Position numbers and translations under genes: made by a program
Assembly (NCBI RefSeq): GCF_001194135.2
Contig: NC_069004.1
Span: forward strand, 16,012,734-16,076,733
Direction of reading: 5' to 3'
Source: Octopus bimaculoides
Taxonomy: Eukaryota
Length of the DNA stretch: 64,000 bases
The notes under the pieces: model-generated
The model's database searches: none
Seen by the model: the letters and a program-made list of their open reading frames with translations, nothing else
What the model was told of the DNA's origin: nothing
Shown: positions 49,775-61,449 of the stretch, piece after piece
How positions within the stretch are numbered: the stretch's first letter is position 1
Layout of the letters: each line of letters starts with the position of its first letter

Positions 49775-52366
49775 TTAGTGAGAAGGATGCAATTTATTTT
49801 GAGAAAGACTTTTGTCAAAACGTGGCTCTAAATTAGATAAACAAATATGTAACTCCTCATCTACCATCTGTAATCGTTCCCATTTTTTTTACTACATTTC
49901 CTTAAGTGCAGAGATACCCAATTCACAAGCATATGATGATCCGAAAAGCAACAGAGTTTTAATGGCTGTAGTAGCTAATCAAGGATATTGTCCCCAAAGG
50001 GAAATCCAAAATTCTGACAATTCTGGCACAGAAAATGAGGCTTTGTGCACAGGATCGTTTTTCAAGTCTATTAAACTTTCTTCTTCTGTTAATGTTAATG
50101 CAGGGAGTGTACTGTCATATCTTGCGAAAGAATTGATGATCCACTCGTACATTTGATAATCAAGTGATGAAAATAATACAGAGAAGTTTTCTACTGTCTT
50201 CTGCACTTCTGACAAAATTTTTAATTTGTTTGGAAAAGCATCTACACATGGGAAGCAATCAAGCTGCAGGTTTTTAACTTTCCTTATCCACAGTTCTAAC
50301 TTGTTGGTGAAAGACTTATAATGGAAGGAAGGTTTTTATGATACTTTTGGGGAATCTTCTTCTTCCATTATGATTATTCTGTTGAATCAAGGAGCTGGAA
50401 ATACGAAGAATGAAGTTCTCAGGCGGAGTAAATTCAATAACCGTTTATTTACAGGTGCTTCGTACAAGGGGTTTGCTTTCAGTAACCATCTTCACAGCAA
50501 TGCGTAGTTAGCCTTCTCTCTCATACACGAGGTTCAATAACCTCTGGAGACAATGCATGTGGTATCACAGCAGAACAAAAGTCTGCTGTGAGCTCCTGGT
50601 TTCGAAGTCTTGCTTATATCAGTGTGAGAAGAATGAGAAGGAAAATGTTGTCTTTTCCTTAAATAATGGTTGCAGGTGAGAACTTGTTTTTGTTTCGTGT
50701 ATGGCAATGGTTGCAGGCAAGATCTCGCTGTTTCAAAATGGCGCTGGCTTCTTTGTGCCTCGCTACAGACTTTATTTTGCCTGTAATTGTAATAATAATC
50801 TCATTCGCTCCTTGCAGACTCAAATCTAAAACGTTCAACTTCTCAAAAAGATTGTTGTGAAATGCTACTTCCAGCCACCAATTATCATCGTTAAGAAATT
50901 CTAATCTAGAATTTTCAGCATCGAAGAAACATATTATTTCAGTTCGCAAAGATATAAATCAAGAGACCGCTTTTCCTTTCGAGAGCTATCGCACTTCTGT
51001 ATGAAGCAGTAAACACTTAAAAATCAGAATCCATAGTTTCACATAAGGATGCAAAAAAGTCTGCACCATAGGGAATGCGATTTTATGTAATTCACCACTT
51101 TAACAACATTGTCCATTGTTTTCAGGAGACCATCAGGTAGAAATTTTGATGCCAAAACTTTGCGGCAAATCATGCAATGTACAATTTTAACTTGTGAATT
51201 TTTTTGTAATGCATGAGCCATGAAGCCATTTTTTCGACCCTGCATGGATGGAGTGCCGTCAGTGCAAACGTTAATACAAGTTTGCCACTGCATCCCTCTC
51301 AATACGACATTTGGGTTTACCAGGTTAAAGACATCTCCTCCTGTCATTCTTTCCTTGAAATCACAACAAAAGAAAAACTGACTTATGATTTTACCACCTC
51401 TGATGATTCGCAGAAATGAAATTAGTTGAGCTTTGTTGCTGATGTCTGTACATTAATCGATTTGTAAGTCTCACAAGTTTTCGAGTTCATTTTTTGCTTC
51501 TGTGAAATGTTCACGAAGCTGATCATCAATGTCTCGCGAAATGTCTTGAATTTTACGAGAAATCATTTGGACAAAGGAATGGTCTTACTTTGTTTAACGG
51601 CTTCATCACTAATCATTGTGCCAATGGTGATCTCCAAGGCTGGTAAAATAATGTTTTTGGCATCAGAATGTGGTTTTTTCTTCTTTGCCAAAAGCTGGGC
51701 AATCTTGTAACTAGCGATTTGAGCTTTCTCAGGAATTGAGTGAAATTTCTTCAGCCTTTTTAACCGAGTTTTAAAATTATTTTTTAGCATTTCAAAGTAT
51801 TCTTTTGGTTTGTCCTTATGTTGCAGATGATTTGTTATTAAATGCCATTGAGGTTTCCTTGGAACCATCGCTTCATTTGAGAGTGTTGTTAAACAAATCA
51901 TACAAGAAGGAACCAAGTTGTCTTTTACTGATAATATAAAACAATATGGGATGTAATTTTCATTGTTTTTGTTTTGATGAGGCGGACTTTTTATTCTGGT
52001 GTTCGTCTTGTTTGCTACGATTCTCTTTCTCATTTTTCTGAGGTCTCAAACAAATTTCTCCATGTTTAAAATTAAAATCAATTAAAATTGACATAAAATA
52101 ATTTATGTAAATTATAAATAAATCTAGGACTAATAAATAATTTACTTATAGACAATCCCAGTTTAAATGCTGAAATGTAATATATTGTAGCAAAACTGCT
52201 GTTCATCGTGTAAAGTAATTAATTTATATTCACTGTATTTTACGATTTATATAATTAATTTGTATCTACGCTTGAACTTTGCGAATATTCTTGGATCATT
52301 GTTTCCCGAGAATATTTTTCATGGCACTCCAGGAATCTCTCACAGCACACAGTTTGGCAGACAGTG
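49775..52366 (-). mobile_element. hAT Charlie/Buster (ZBED5/FAM200-like) transposon, degenerate
   Basis: BED-like PSCMICLTTLSNEAMVP...HLITNH, KKKPHS..NIILPA, CTDGTPSMQG, KIVHCMI, KLELW, and C-terminal PRFDK...HPSH*. The right terminus reads cacacagtttggcagacagtg. Confidence 0.88.
50302..50767 (-). mobile_element. Solo LTR (466 bp) nested in the Charlie transposase
   Basis: TG...CA termini (TGTTGGTG...CGCTACA), 4-bp flanks AACT/GACT, and AATAAA on the minus strand. Removing it rejoins the transposase as KI|KLELW in frame. Confidence 0.65.
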
Positions 52367-52720
52367 CTCCAGATGGACACACATTTTTGCATCTCTGCAT
52401 GTTGAATAGTGCGGCAGAGACAGATGATAGACATTATATCACACTATATCAGATGTAGTGTGTGTGGGTGTATGGATGATGCATATGGTGCTTTGTGATT
52501 AAGAAGCTCACTTCCCAACCACATGGAATTGGGTTCAGTCTCAACGCATGGCACTACTATAGTCCCAGGCTGACCAAAACCTTTGAATGAATCCAGCAGA
52601 CAGAAGCTGAAAGAAGCTTGTCATGTGTGTGTGTGCATATGTATGTGTGTGTGTGTGTGTCAAAAACCAGTATTATATTGGGGATTTGTGCTACACCATT
52701 ACTATTTGTTTTAACATAAT

Positions 52721-55370
52721 TGTTATGTACAATAAATAAAACTTCACTGGGAACTAACTCAGACTTCACCCAACTCTGAACCCTGAACTCACTCAGATTG
52801 TTATGATTTATACTTTACTTGAACCAGTCTATCTCTCCCAAGGGGTGTCGTAACTCTCATCACAACATTTCCCCTTTTGAGATTTTGACTACTATGAGAA
52901 AGTAGAATTTCTTTTGTTTTTGTTTTTTCTTTCCAGCCCCTCTCCCTCTTTTTTAGCTGTTGTATCTTAATTGTTGCCTGACTTTTAAGGTAGTGTTGTT
53001 CATTGCACACAGCACTTTTTCTTTTCATTGTACTAAGCCCTCTTGTTAGCACTCTTGTTTTTCTTTTTTCTTTTTTGGGTTTTTTTTTTTAAACTTAATA
53101 TCTTTTTCGTTTCGGTATTACTTCCAGATATTCAGTCTGTTTTCGTTTTCTGAAGCTAGTTCTACGGGTTCACTATCTCTCGGTGCTGGCACTTCAAACA
53201 TATCATACAAGACTTCCATTGATATTACCCTTCATTCTTCTGTATGTCTCATCTTTAAATGGTGTCTCTTATGTTCCAAACATTGTCTTTTAATTAACTA
53301 CATCATGTTACCTAACTTTTCAATTACACAGTCATCCTCCCAACCTTCTTTACCATTTTTGTAATTTTTAAAATGAACTTTATCTCCCTCAAATGTCTTT
53401 CCTCTACATGTATTTTTTCCTGGCGATAATTTATCTATTTTATTTTACATGTGAACATTAACTCTGCTGGTGACTTTCCTAAATTAGTATTTGGATTTTG
53501 CGTTATTCTATATACTCTCAAAAATTTCATTAGTGCCTTGTCATTATCTAGCTCATTCCTAGCTTTTCTTAGAGCTCTTTTGAACACGTCGACAAATCTT
53601 TCTGCCTGTCCATTTGACATCAGGTGGTAGGGTGGGATAAAGATGTGCTTTATGGTATGTATTTTGCAGAAATTTCTTAATTCATATCTCGTGAATTGTG
53701 TTCCATTATCTGAAACTAATGTGTCTGGAACACCATATCGAGCAAATAACTCGAGCACGGACTTTATTGTGGTCTTTGCAGTGGGTATGTTACATCTGCG
53801 TACCTCTGGCCACTTTTTATAGCTATCCACAACAATTAAATAGTATGTGCCGTTCAGTGGTTCAGCATAGTCGATATGTATCCTGAACCATGGGCTTTCA
53901 GTTGGAGCTGCCCATTTTGCGTAAACCACTTTTTCAATGATTCCACTTTTTTTATCCAATCTGTCCAACTCATCATCTACTTGCTTTATTGCTACAAAAG
54001 GCACTTTCCTATTAGGCTTCAACACTCTGAGAGTACTTGCAGAAACATTTTTTTTTTCCATGTGTCCATATTTATTATTGAAATATCACTTCCAGTATCC
54101 AATTGAAGTTTACTATGTATTCCATTTATTTTTACGTCTACAAATTTTCTTATTTGGGAGTCGATTTTTGTTTCTGCTGAGAGCACTCTAAGATTTTTAA
54201 TGTTTGACCTTTATAATTTTGTTCTGCAGTGTGAACTCTTGTGATCAATTCTTTTGCAACTGTAATATTTTTGATTTTTAAATGGACAGTCTTTTCTAAA
54301 ATGTATGTCCCAACATCCATAACATGGATTAGGACATGGTGCTCTTTTTTGGCTGTACTTTTCCAGTCAGCATATCTGTTTTTTGAGGAATCCTTTTCTT
54401 GAATTTTCTACATCGTGTTTCAGGTTTACCATTCCTTTGGCATTCTTCTGCCATAGACTGTAAGGTTAGATTTTAGTTTGCTTGTTCGAATTTAGAAAGA
54501 ATTCTTGCCCGAATTTCTGTATCTTTGCATGAAAATAAGATACTTGAACATCTCAGGTGTAAGTTCTTTGAGTTTAAAACTTTCACACATCCTGTTGCCT
54601 GTTCCTATGTATGTGATAAAATCGTCATTTTTTTTTTTTTTTTTGTATATCTCAACACTCCATTCAAGTGTTAAATAGAGAAGTTTTATCACCAAATATG
54701 TTAAACAGTAATTCTGTTTTTTCTTTAAAACAAATTCATTGGGTATTTTGGGCAATATGAAATTACAGTAACGTTCATGCTCTAGCAGAGCTAAATTTCG
54801 CAATAACAATCTCACTTTTTTCGTCCGACCATGATTTGCCATCTTGCTTAAAAAACTCGTACCTTCTGTAGTACAATGCAAAAGTTATACCCTTCTCTGG
54901 TTTATAACTGAATTCATTAATCAAGTTTGAACTTACCTCATTTTTGGACTTCTTTGAATATAGCTCCAATAATTGCTGTTGTAATTACTGCTGCGATAGT
55001 TGCTTCTGCAACTCCTGTTGCTGCTCTTGTTTTTGCTTTTGCAACTGTACTATGGAAGATAATCGGTCTTCCATTATTTAACAAGTTGTATCATGAACAA
55101 ATTGTTAAATAACCTACGTGAGCTTCGAAAACCTCATAATGTAATTGTTACGTACAATAAATAAGATAATCAGACAACAGTAAAAACAATGTAATGAATT
55201 AACAAATCTCTTGTGAACTAACCAACCAACACCTGACTTCACTGCGAACTAACACGAAATTTACTCAACTCCAAACTCTGAACCTTGAACTCACTCAGAT
55301 TGTTACTATTTATAGTTTATACCGACCAGTCTATCCCTCACAAGGAGGTGTCATAATTCTCATCACAACA
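52721..55370 (-). mobile_element. Ty3/Gypsy (K02A2.6-like) LTR retrotransposon, internally deleted; LTRs 52721-52867 and 55146-55370
   Basis: Both LTRs run TGTTA(T/C)GTACAATAAATAA...CTCATCACAACA. A PPT (rc AAAAAGGGGAAA) abuts 52867. Gag reads SNLINEFSYKPEKGITF...KVRLLLR..EHERYCNFILP. Integrase reads PWFRIHIDYA...VSDNGTQF...SNGQAERFV. No matching TSD is seen. Confidence 0.9.
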
Positions 55371-56306
55371 CTATCAGACTTTACTACTACTATACACAAA
55401 CATACATAACCACAAATACACACATACACACAAGTAGACAAATACAAACATACAATGACATACACACATTTGTAGATACACACACACACACACATTTCTG
55501 AACATCCATCAGCATCAGTATTATCATTTCTTGACCATGCACCCATACCACCAGTGCTAATTTTTAGTTGTAGGCTTTGAACTCATGACCACATGGTCAC
55601 CAGGCCAATACTTTAATCTTATCATCATTACAAACATTGAAAGTATTGTTTTTCAATTGTTGTTGTTGTTGTTGTTGTTCAGCATCAAGTCAATCATGAC
55701 TGAGTACACATATATTCAAAGGCCTTCTAACCTTGACCATCCTGTATTTTGAGAAGTCATCTCAGACAACATTAGTCTAAATTCTCTTTTCTTTATTTAA
55801 AATGATGATGTGATTTGAGGGAAGTTAGGCTGTTATTCATAGCAGGTCAAGCAACTATGTAGAGAGTCCTGCATTAATTTGTGTAGAAGCAGCAGGAGGA
55901 ATGTCTGCATCAATGGCCTATTTCTGCTTTCTGGATTTACTTTCACTTTCCATATAAACCAGTTAAGGAACCCTTATTCTGTTGTTCAACCTTCTAGAAA
56001 TAGCAACGAAATCTCAAGGTCACACTCTAACATCTTTAAAATGGGAAGCTCATATTAGATAATTTAGCAATCCCTAAAAAGACAGCACAGTCACACATGG
56101 AGTGCCTTTTGTCAATGGTCTGCTCAATCAGGATTGAGCTGGAGCTAAACAGCAATAACAACTACAATTTCATCTTTCAAAACAGGTACTAGTAATATAC
56201 TGGGGTTTGACTCAGCCAACAATATTTGTACCTCACAAAGTGATCATTATTGCAGAGCTTACCTTATTTTAAACATTTCTCTCTCACATTGCTGTTTTTG
56301 TTGTAG

Positions 56307-56481
56307 ACTAAAAAGCAAGTTGCAGTTCATCAGTTGGAACAAGGAGGGATGGAAAACCGGTCTGTGTTCTGTTCCACCTGTGGGTCACCCATATTCTTTG
56401 TTAACACTAGCAAACAACACTTGCATCCAACAGACATTTGGAGATCTCCGGGACAGATTTATGAAGCTTTACAGACGCAAG
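56307..56481 (+). CDS. TUBE1: Epsilon-tubulin exon 11 (LKSKLQFISWNKEGWKTGLCSVPPVGH...FMKLYRRK)
   Basis: ttgtag| acceptor, |GTT donor immediately followed by an assembly gap, 175 nt. Confidence 0.94.
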
Positions 56482-58673
56482 GTTNNNNNNNNNNNNNNNN
56501 NNNNNNNNNNNNNNNNNNGGGGGGGGGTGAGTGTGAGTGAGAGAGAGAGAGAAAGAGAGAAATTCTTCTTTCGGTGGTACTGCAGTAGTGTTCTGAAGTA
56601 TTGTAGATGTATCTAAGTGTTTTGGGTATGGTTTAATATATCGTGGTAAGGGCTGTATGGGAGGAATAGTGTTGTAGTAGTGTTTGGAGTCGCTATGCCC
56701 AGTTAGTTTCTCATTTTCAGGAATTGTGCCTCTTTTATGTAATTTAGTTTCTGCAAGAAGAAATGAATGTGTGTAAAGATGAGAAGCTATTATCCACTTT
56801 CCCATGCTTGCATGAATCAGATGATAGCTTTGTTAAAGTAGATATTTCTTCCTGTCACCAGACTTCACCTGTTTTCAAGCAAGGTAACATTCTCCAAATC
56901 TAATCGGCAACAAGCAGCCTTAACAGAATTTTATGAAGGGCTGCAAACAAACAACTGTTTTTATATGTACTATGACACTTTTGTTTTTTTTTATAATGTG
57001 CATGCACTTGTCAAGAGAAAAAGAATACAGACTCACTCTCTCTGACATACACTTATTGCAGTGACATGAAACTTTAGTCATGGCATGTGTAAAGGGCTTC
57101 TTCCAGTTTCTGTCTGCTAAATTTTACTCTGAAGATATCAGTCATTCGTGGCTATAGTAGAAGACACCAGCCAAAAGTGTCTTTGCAGTTGGAATGACAT
57201 GGTTCCAAAGCAAACTTCTTAACCACACAGCCATGTCTGATGAGAATCATTTCCGTCAGGTGCAACGCAACAGATTTGTGGAAAGAGTGTAGACATTTTT
57301 AAATCAACCATTGTAACTGACTGCTACTTTATTTTATCGCTCTGGAAAAATAAAAGGCAAAGTTTGAGTTCAGCCAAATTTGAACCTAAAACATAAGGGA
57401 TTTAACGAAAATCCTCCAAGGTATTTTATCTAACATTCTACCAATTTTGCCACGTTAAAAGATAATGAGTTGAAGCAAAATGGATGATTGGAAAATAAAG
57501 ATGAAGGTGGTAGTGGTGGTGGTGGTGGTGGTGGTAGCAGTCATAGTGACCATAGTGGTGGCATCTGTGATGGCAGTAGTGGTGACAATAATGATGATGA
57601 GAATGCTAACAACAATGTTAACTTTAAAATCTGTTCTAATCAACCCTGTCATGATTGAGAAATGCTAAATTAAAGTTAAAATAATCCACTACCACCACCA
57701 CCATCCTTACCACACACACCTCTGTGATTTGAGGATACCTGAAATAGAAGAATTTTGAGGATACACTTGAAAGGCATTCTGGAAGACAGGGACTGGTAGA
57801 GGTGTGTGTATGTGTGTAATTGTGGTTCTATTTAATACTAGCATTATGTGTGTGTTTCTTTGGTAGTATAAGTTGTTAATGTGTGTATAAAACAATTGAT
57901 AGTAGTGTGTTGTAGTAGTAGTAGTAGTAGTAGTAGTAGTCACAGTGGTGTTGCATAGTAGTGATGTTCTCTTGTAGTGATTCTAATGGTATAAAGTAGT
58001 AATGGTAGTAGTTGTGGTGGTGTCTTGTGTTTTAGCACATGTGTGTGCATGTATGTGTGTAAAATTGTTGGAGGGGGTGGGGGTTATTAATCTAATTTCA
58101 AAGAAAACAACTGATTATCCAAGTAATTAGTTTAGTTATTTGTTGGAGTGGATGGGGGAATTGGTAGTGGCTTACAGTGTACATGGTGGGGGAGGGAGAG
58201 AGTGACAATGATGTGGATGTACAAGTGTGGGTGATAGGGATAGAGAGACATTCTAAGGATGTAAAGCTATTGTTTAGCCCAAGGTCATCTCTGATCAAGC
58301 AGACCTGTGATCCTGTCTTTCTAATGTTGGTCAGAAACCCAGGACCATGTTATTCAGTCCTTTTTTTATGACAGTATAGTGTGATTTGAGAGAGATTTAG
58401 CTGCTATTTGTTGCTAGTCAAGCAACCATACAGAGAATCCCTTGTTGACTCAGATTCCCACATGGAATAGTGGGAATCTGAGTAGTGGTGTGGAGTTCTG
58501 GGGTAGTCTAGGGTGGTTTGGGCAGGTTCTGGAAGTAATGTAGTCAGGTTACATTCTATTTATTTGTCAACATAATTCTATTCTAATTCTAATATTAATT
58601 CATAATTCTATAAATAATGCTATTATTTGTCATCACATCATTTATGTTTTTTTTTGTTTTGTTTTTTTTGCAG

Positions 58674-58832
58674 GCCCACCTTCACCATTATACTATGGTT
58701 GATGGTATGGAACTGCAGGAATTTACTGACAGCTATAACAGTCTTGAAGACATTATTAAAGAATATACTGAGCTGGAGAAACAACTGGAAAACCCTGGTC
58801 CTTGTGTACCTCGTCTACAAGTTGTCAGCTAG
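58674..58832 (+). CDS. TUBE1: Epsilon-tubulin exon 12, terminal (AHLHHYTMVDGME...PRLQVVS*)
   Basis: T-tract gcag| acceptor, TAG at 58830-58832. The 12 exons sum to 1446 nt, giving 481 aa in one frame. Confidence 0.96.
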   Translation, partial: AHLHHYTMVDGMELQEFTDSYNSLEDIIKEYTELEKQLENPGPCVPRLQVVS

Positions 58833-59019
58833 CTTCCTACCTAAATAGACAGGTTGGTAGCAAGCAAGCAAAACCTACTTTCTAAACTATCTCCTCTGAG
58901 AAAATGAAGCAATGTGTTAGAATAGAGAACAATAACATGACAACGCAACAGAGCATCACACAATATTATTACAACACTACAACATGGCAATAGGCAAATC
59001 TCCCTTAAATAACATAGCA

Positions 59020-59600
59020 CTGTTTTCCATGTTTCCATCCAAACACAGCATTGTGAATTTGAGTAAAGTTCTTCAAAGATACTGACAAAGCATTGAGGAA
59101 TGCCATAATAAAATTTAGCCTCAGTTGATCTTTGATGTTTAACACACTGGTGAATAATATTTCTGAATGTGGAAATTTATTCAGTGCAGGATCAGTTGTA
59201 ATGAAATCTAACTTGTTCCTCCACAACCTCACTTAGCCTGTTTAAAAGCTCTTTGCGGAAAACTTTACCAAGCATTGAGAGCAGTGTGATGCTTTGCTAG
59301 TTATTGTAGTTGGACAGGTCCCCTTTCTTCAGCAGTTTTACAATGGTTCCCTCTTGTCCATTCTGTGGAACTCTCTACTCATGCCAGCAGCAATTCGTCA
59401 GACTTGTCAGTTCAGCCACTATAGTGCTCCCACTTTTTAAACATTGCATCCAGTCGAATAGCTTTGTTGTTTTTCAACTTTTTGCTTGCTGTTGTTGTCT
59501 CTTCGCTCATTATTGGATTTTCATCTACATCCAGAGCTATCTTATCATTTTGTTGATGGAAGTTGTACAGTGCTATCAGTGTCGATTGATTTAATGTTTC
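59020..59600 (-). mobile_element. RTE LINE RT fragment directly downstream of the TUBE1 stop
   Basis: EWTRGTIVKLLKKGDLSNYNN*QSITLLSMLGKVF...LLNRL; SCTE*ISTFRNII.QCV; YGIPQCFVSIF. Confidence 0.75.
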
Positions 59601-60278
59601 TTAAAAGAGTTCTCAAGCCCAGAAAAAAGAAAAAGGTTGGACATTGAACCAGCAACCCATCCCTGTAAAACAGGAATAGTTACAAAACCAAAAGAATGCC
59701 TATCGCAAAACCTATGGGAGAAAGATAGCAATAAATGTGATCTAACAATGACAGACTCTAATATGTGTGTGCATGTATGTAAGTGTTATATATATAAATC
59801 ATCGTCTAACGTCCGTTTTCCAGGCTAGCATGGGTTGGATGATTTGACTGAGGGCTGGAAAACCATATGGCTGCACCAGGCTCAATCTAATCTGGCAGAG
59901 TTTCTACAGCTGGATGCCCTTCCTAATGCCAACCACTCCGAGAGTGTAGTGGGTGCTTTTACGTGCCACCGGCACGAGGGCCAGTCTGGCGGTACTGGCA
60001 ACGGCCACGCTCAAATAGTGTTTTTTACGTGCCACCTGCACAGGAGTCAGTCCAGCAGAACTGGCAACAACCTCGCTCAAATGGTTTGTTCACGTCCACC
60101 GGCACAAGTGCCAGTAAGGCGATGCTGGTAACGATCACACTCAAATGGTGCTTTTTACATGCCACCGGCACCAGACAGTTGCTCTGGCAGTGATCCTGCT
60201 CAGATGGTGCTGTTAGTGCTCCACTGGCACAGGTGCCAGCCATTGAATTTGGTTCAATTTATATATATATATACATAT

Positions 60279-60316
<38 letters not shown>

Positions 60317-60929
60317 CATCATCATTTAACATCCATTTTCCATACTGGCATGGGATGGACTGTTTCACAGGATTGCGTCAGACTCTACTGTCAGCTTTGG
60401 CTTGGTTTGTATGGGTGGATGCCCTTCTAATGCTAGCCACTTTACAGAGTGTACTGGATGCTGTCTATGTGGCACCAACACCAGTGAAGTCACCAAGTAA
60501 CTTGGAAGATGAAGACTCCTTAACTGAGATGATGACTGGCATATTGGAGGTGGATTTGTACCAGGTGATGGAAGGTTAAAATTCGATAAAGGGACAAAAA
60601 CAGATGTCTTGCTGTAGATCATTCATTCAATCAGTAAGAAAGAGAGAGAAAGGCATTGGTGGTAAGGTGCCAGAGCATACCCTCAAGGTATAAGGAGGTG
60701 AATGTAAGTGGAGAAGTACAAAGGATTGGACAGGTGAGTGTGTAGGAAGTGCAAAGAGGGGGAGATGAGGAGAAGGGGAATGCAACTAGTGATGAACACA
60801 GGTATACAGAGGAGTGGCAGGGGAATGACGGAAGAGAGACAACAAAGTAACATTAGACCGCAGGAGCACAGAGTAGGGATGGTAGTGGAGAGACATGCAT
60901 AGTGCATGAAGAGATGTAGTATCATTCAT

Positions 60930-60930
60930 C

Positions 60931-60985
<55 letters not shown>
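60930..60985. repeat. (TA)n microsatellite (many similar TA/CA tracts occur in the window)
   Basis: Direct sequence. Confidence 0.9.
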
Positions 60986-60990
<5 letters not shown>

Positions 60991-61449
60991 TCCAACACCT
61001 CAAATATAAACTTCCCTGAAGATGGAGGCTGGTATTATCCAATGATTTGAACCATCAAGCTCTCCAGAAACAGCTTTTGGACTCATAAAACTCTTATTCA
61101 ACCCCTTTAATTCCTCATCATTTCTTTTCTGTATAAGTTGAACCTTTTTATAGGTAAACATATGTACAATTTTTTGTATTAAATGCATTTAATATTTTTG
61201 CATATCAACTTACCTAACTTGCTTGTCCTTACATATACTCCTCTATCTGCTCAAGTTTAAACCTCTTGAGCACTACAAAGTGTATTCTATGCAGAGAATA
61301 TCTGTCTCTCATCTATAAACTTGCCATATACATAATGGTCACTGTGAAAGTGACCGTGCTTTAACAGTAAGCTACCAGGTGTAAACCATTTGTTTTATTA
61401 TCCACTAATCACAACCAATTTCTGATTTCCAGGAGGAAGGTACTGTAAG

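Noticed and set aside
59005-59232. 75-aa ORF that reads like a real protein
   Set aside because: It is an alternative frame of the RTE LINE fragment.
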